From: Malacoraja senta | Lineage: Eukaryota | Direction of reading: 5' to 3' | Assembly (NCBI GenBank): GCA_038087875.1 | Contig: JAXLNO010000233.1 | Coordinates: 1 to 53,571, forward strand | DNA length: 53,571 nucleotides | Shown: positions 50,403 through 53,571 of the stretch, piece after piece | Layout: every line of letters starts with the position of its first letter | How positions within the stretch are numbered: the stretch's first letter is position 1 | Notes under the pieces: generated by a model | What the model saw: the letters and a program-made list of their open reading frames with translations, nothing else | Told to the model about the DNA's origin: nothing | The model's database searches: none | Position numbers and translations under genes: made by a program

Positions 50403-51244
50403 GAACTATTTTCAGACCCAACCCAAAACTTAATATTTTCCTTTTGTCCAGAGATTGTCTGACCTGTTGAGTTACTCCAGCTTTTTGTGTCTATCTTCAG
50501 TTTAAACCAACATCTGCAGTTCCTACCTACACACACAATACTAGACAATAGAACTCGAGACTGAAGAAGGGTCTCCTTCTCTCCCTTCCTTCTCTCCAGA
50601 GATGCTGCCTGTCCCACTGAGTTACTCCAGCATTTTGTGTCTGCTTTGAAAGACTAGTAATGGCCCACATCAATGGCAATCTTTCAGTCAATATCAACCC
50701 TTTGCAATTTACATGCAAGGAAAATAGGTCTACAGAAGGTGTCTTCTCTCTTGCAATACACTCAGCTTTGGGTAGCCTTGACAATAAGAACACCTATATC
50801 AGGATGAGTAGTGATTTTTTCAAAACAAACAATTCTTAAGGAGCTTCACAAAATAGATACAAAATCTCTTTGCTAGTGGTATCTGAACCAGTGGCCATGT
50901 CCCATAATAAGTCTTCACAACAAAAAATCTTCACTAACAGTGGAAAACGTTTAGAATTCACACCCCAAGAGAGTTATGAAAGCTCCACGTTAAAGACAAA
51001 CGAACAATAGTTGTATATATTAAAAGACATAGGAGTAACATTAGGAATGGATACTGAGATAAAAGATCAGCCTTAATGCAAGCAACACTGGAACAGGATA
51101 GTCTGCTGTTCAACTATGTTGATAAAAAGTAACCCGCTCAATCACAAAGGAACATTATATGTTATTGCTTATGACCATTTTAATTAAGATCCAAGCAGGA
51201 AGTTGCGATTGAAAAGCAACATATTCTAGGAATCAAAGAAAATG

Positions 51245-51720
51245 GAGGCACCTCTACTTCCTGAGAAGATTACGGAGATTCGGTATGTCAAAGAGGATTC
51301 TCTTGAACTTTAACAGGTGCACAGTAGAGAGCATATTGACTGGTTGCATCATTGCCTGGTTTGGCAACTTGAACGGGAGCAGAAAAGACTGCAAAAAGTT
51401 GTGAAAACTGCCCAGTCCATCACCGGCTCTCCTCCCCACCATCGAAGGGATTTATCGGAGTCGCTGCCTCAAAAAGGCAGCCAACATCATCAGAGACCCA
51501 CATCATCCTGGCCTCACACTCATTTCACCACTGCCATCGGGAAGAAGGTACAGGAGCCTGAAAACTGTAACGTTCAGGTTCAGGAACAGCTTCTTCCCTA
51601 CAGCCATCAGGCTATTAAACACTACAACCTCATATCAGCTCTGAACTACAATAGACTTACTATTATTATTGCATTATTTTGTTTGTTTCGTGAGTATGTG
51701 TGTATGTGTATATATCTATA
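51245..51720 (+). mobile_element. Rex1-like LINE 3' fragment
   Basis: Remnants ESILTGCIIAWFG, RLQKVVKTAQSITG, PLPSGRRYRSL, SFFPTAIRLL. Confidence 0.75.
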
Positions 51721-52068
51721 CTATTACAAAAACTCTTCATCTTGTTTGTTGCTGTCTGTGTGTATGTGTGTGTGCCAATTTCTATTTCCCTATTTTCTTC
51801 CAAACGCTAGGCCACAGCCTTCCCATTTTCACCCATTCTACTCACATTTTTCCCGTTGAGCCGATAAATATCTTCCCGTCGCATTCCCACACTTTTTAAT
51901 CGTTTAAAGTTTTTTTTAAAGCCAGAAACTCACCCATTTCGGCAAAAAAAACCAGAGACGTCACAATCGACTTGCAAGGCATGACGGGACATTTCGGGAG
52001 AGAGGGAGGGCCCCTCCAGCGCTCCCGAGTGACGTCACAATCCACTCGCAAGGCAGGACGGGACACTC

Positions 52069-52623
52069 CTTTTTTTAAATTATACAAATACTTTTATTCA
52101 AAAAATAAAAATAAACATACAAATGAACACAATCAAAGACTGCCTATATTGATAGTTTTACAAACAAACGATCATCAAATTAATATAACGCCAACTTTAT
52201 CAACAAAACACTCGACCTCCAGCGGCGACCAGCGTTCACAGAAAGCCTCCAAAGTTCCCGTGGACACCGCGTGTTCCCTCTCCAGGGACACGCGGGCACG
52301 GAGGTATGCCCGGAAAAGGGGCAGGCAGTCAATCCTGGTGCGGCCGTCGACTACCCGCTGCCTGGACCCGCGAATGGCCATCTTGGCCAGGCCCAGGAGC
52401 AGACGGACAGGGAGATTCCCTCTCCCTCCCGACCTTCCCCCCTCTGTACCGGGTGCCCAAATATCAGGAGTGTGGGGATAAAATATAGCTAAAACTTGAG
52501 GAACAGCCCCTTCAGCTATTCGAACAGGGGCTGCAACCTCTCACACTGCATGTACAAATGAAACACGGTCTCTTCCTCGCCGCAAATGTGACAGGCGGCT
52601 GGTGAGTCCATGAACCGGCTCAA
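52069..52623 (-). mobile_element. Tx1-clade L1 3' end (zinc knuckle, 3' UTR, poly-A), cut by CR1
   Basis: Minus strand CHICGEEETVFHLYMQC and LAKMAI..RARVSLEREHAVSTGTLEAFCERW; A-tail at 52069-52077. Confidence 0.75.
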
Positions 52624-53571
52624 GTAGAGGAACCAACGAGAGAACAGGCTATTCTAGACTGGGTATTGAGTAATGAGGAAGGGTTAGTTAGCAGTCTTGT
52701 TGTGCGTGGCCCCTTGGGCAAGAGTCACCATAATATGGTTGAGTTCTTCATTAGGATGGAGAGTGACATAATTAATTCAGAAACAAGGGTTCTGAACTTA
52801 AAGAAATGTAAGTTTGAGGGTATGAGACGTGAATTCGCCAAGATAGACTGGCAATTGATTCTTAAAGGGTTGACGGTGGATGTGCAATGGAAGGCATTTA
52901 AAGACTGCATGGATGAACTACAACAATTGTTCATCCCAGTTTGGCAAAAGAATAAATCAGGGAAGGTAGTGCATCCGTGGATAACAAGGGAAATCAGGGA
53001 TAGTATCAAAACAAAAGATGAAGCATACAAATTAGCCAGAAAAAGCAGCCTACCAGAGGACTGGGAGAAATTCAGAGTCCAGCAGAGGAAGACAAAGGGC
53101 TTAATTAGGAAAGGGAAAATAGATTATGAAAGAAAACTGGCAGGGAACATAAAAACTGACTGCAAAAGTTTTTATAGATATGCGAAGAGAAAAAGATTAG
53201 TTAAAACAAATGTAGGTCCCTTCCAGTCAGAAACAGGTGAATTGATCATGGGGAACAAGAACATGGCAGACCAATTGAATAACTAACTTGGTTCTGTCTT
53301 CACTAAGGAAGACATAAATAATCTGCCGGAAATAGCAGGGGACCGGGGGTCAAATGAGATGGAGGAACTGAGTGAAATCCAGGTTAGCTGGGAAGTGGTG
53401 TTAGGTAAATTGAATGGATTAAAGGCCGATAAATCCCCAGGGCCAGATAGGCTGCATACCAGAGTACTTAAGGAAGTAGCCCCAGAAATAGTGGATGCAT
53501 TAGTGATAATTTTTCAAAACTCTTTAGATTCTGGAGTAGTTCCTGAGGATTGGAGGGTAGCTAATGTAACC
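52624..53571 (+). mobile_element. CR1 LINE, 5'-truncated, runs off the window end
   Basis: Highly similar to 29896-30842; premature TAA at 53284. Confidence 0.92.

Noticed and set aside
51896..52087. Minus ORF ending ...FFAEMG/gtgag as possible FANCM exon 1
   Set aside because: No motif I (PTGLGKT) or other exon-1 similarity; exon 1 probably lies beyond the window end

Overview
Vertebrate genomic DNA, most likely a cartilaginous fish (skate/ray), inferred from the repeat landscape of HE1-like V-SINEs, young CR1 LINEs and abundant Penelope-derived hairpins. The whole window lies inside FANCM on the minus strand: four helicase-domain exons (46835-47007, 46657-46734, 44214-44372, 8235-8366) have the same sizes as human exons 2-5. 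Nested antisense in the 35.8-kb fourth intron is a complete 5-exon SOUL/heme-binding-protein gene (soul4-like, 18940-40932, about 267 aa). It has a CpG-rich 5' end, a probable extra upstream exon and a GC-AG last intron. The rest is mostly transposable elements: a decayed full-length L1 with a CR1 inside it, several young CR1 copies (two forming an inverted pair), Rex1 and Tx1 fragments, a mini Gypsy element with a tRNA-Leu PBS, a solo LTR, Tc1, hAT and Harbinger non-autonomous elements, two hard-to-classify TIR elements, and many Penelope-derived hairpins carrying a minimal hammerhead-ribozyme-like motif. No prokaryotic-type system was seen.
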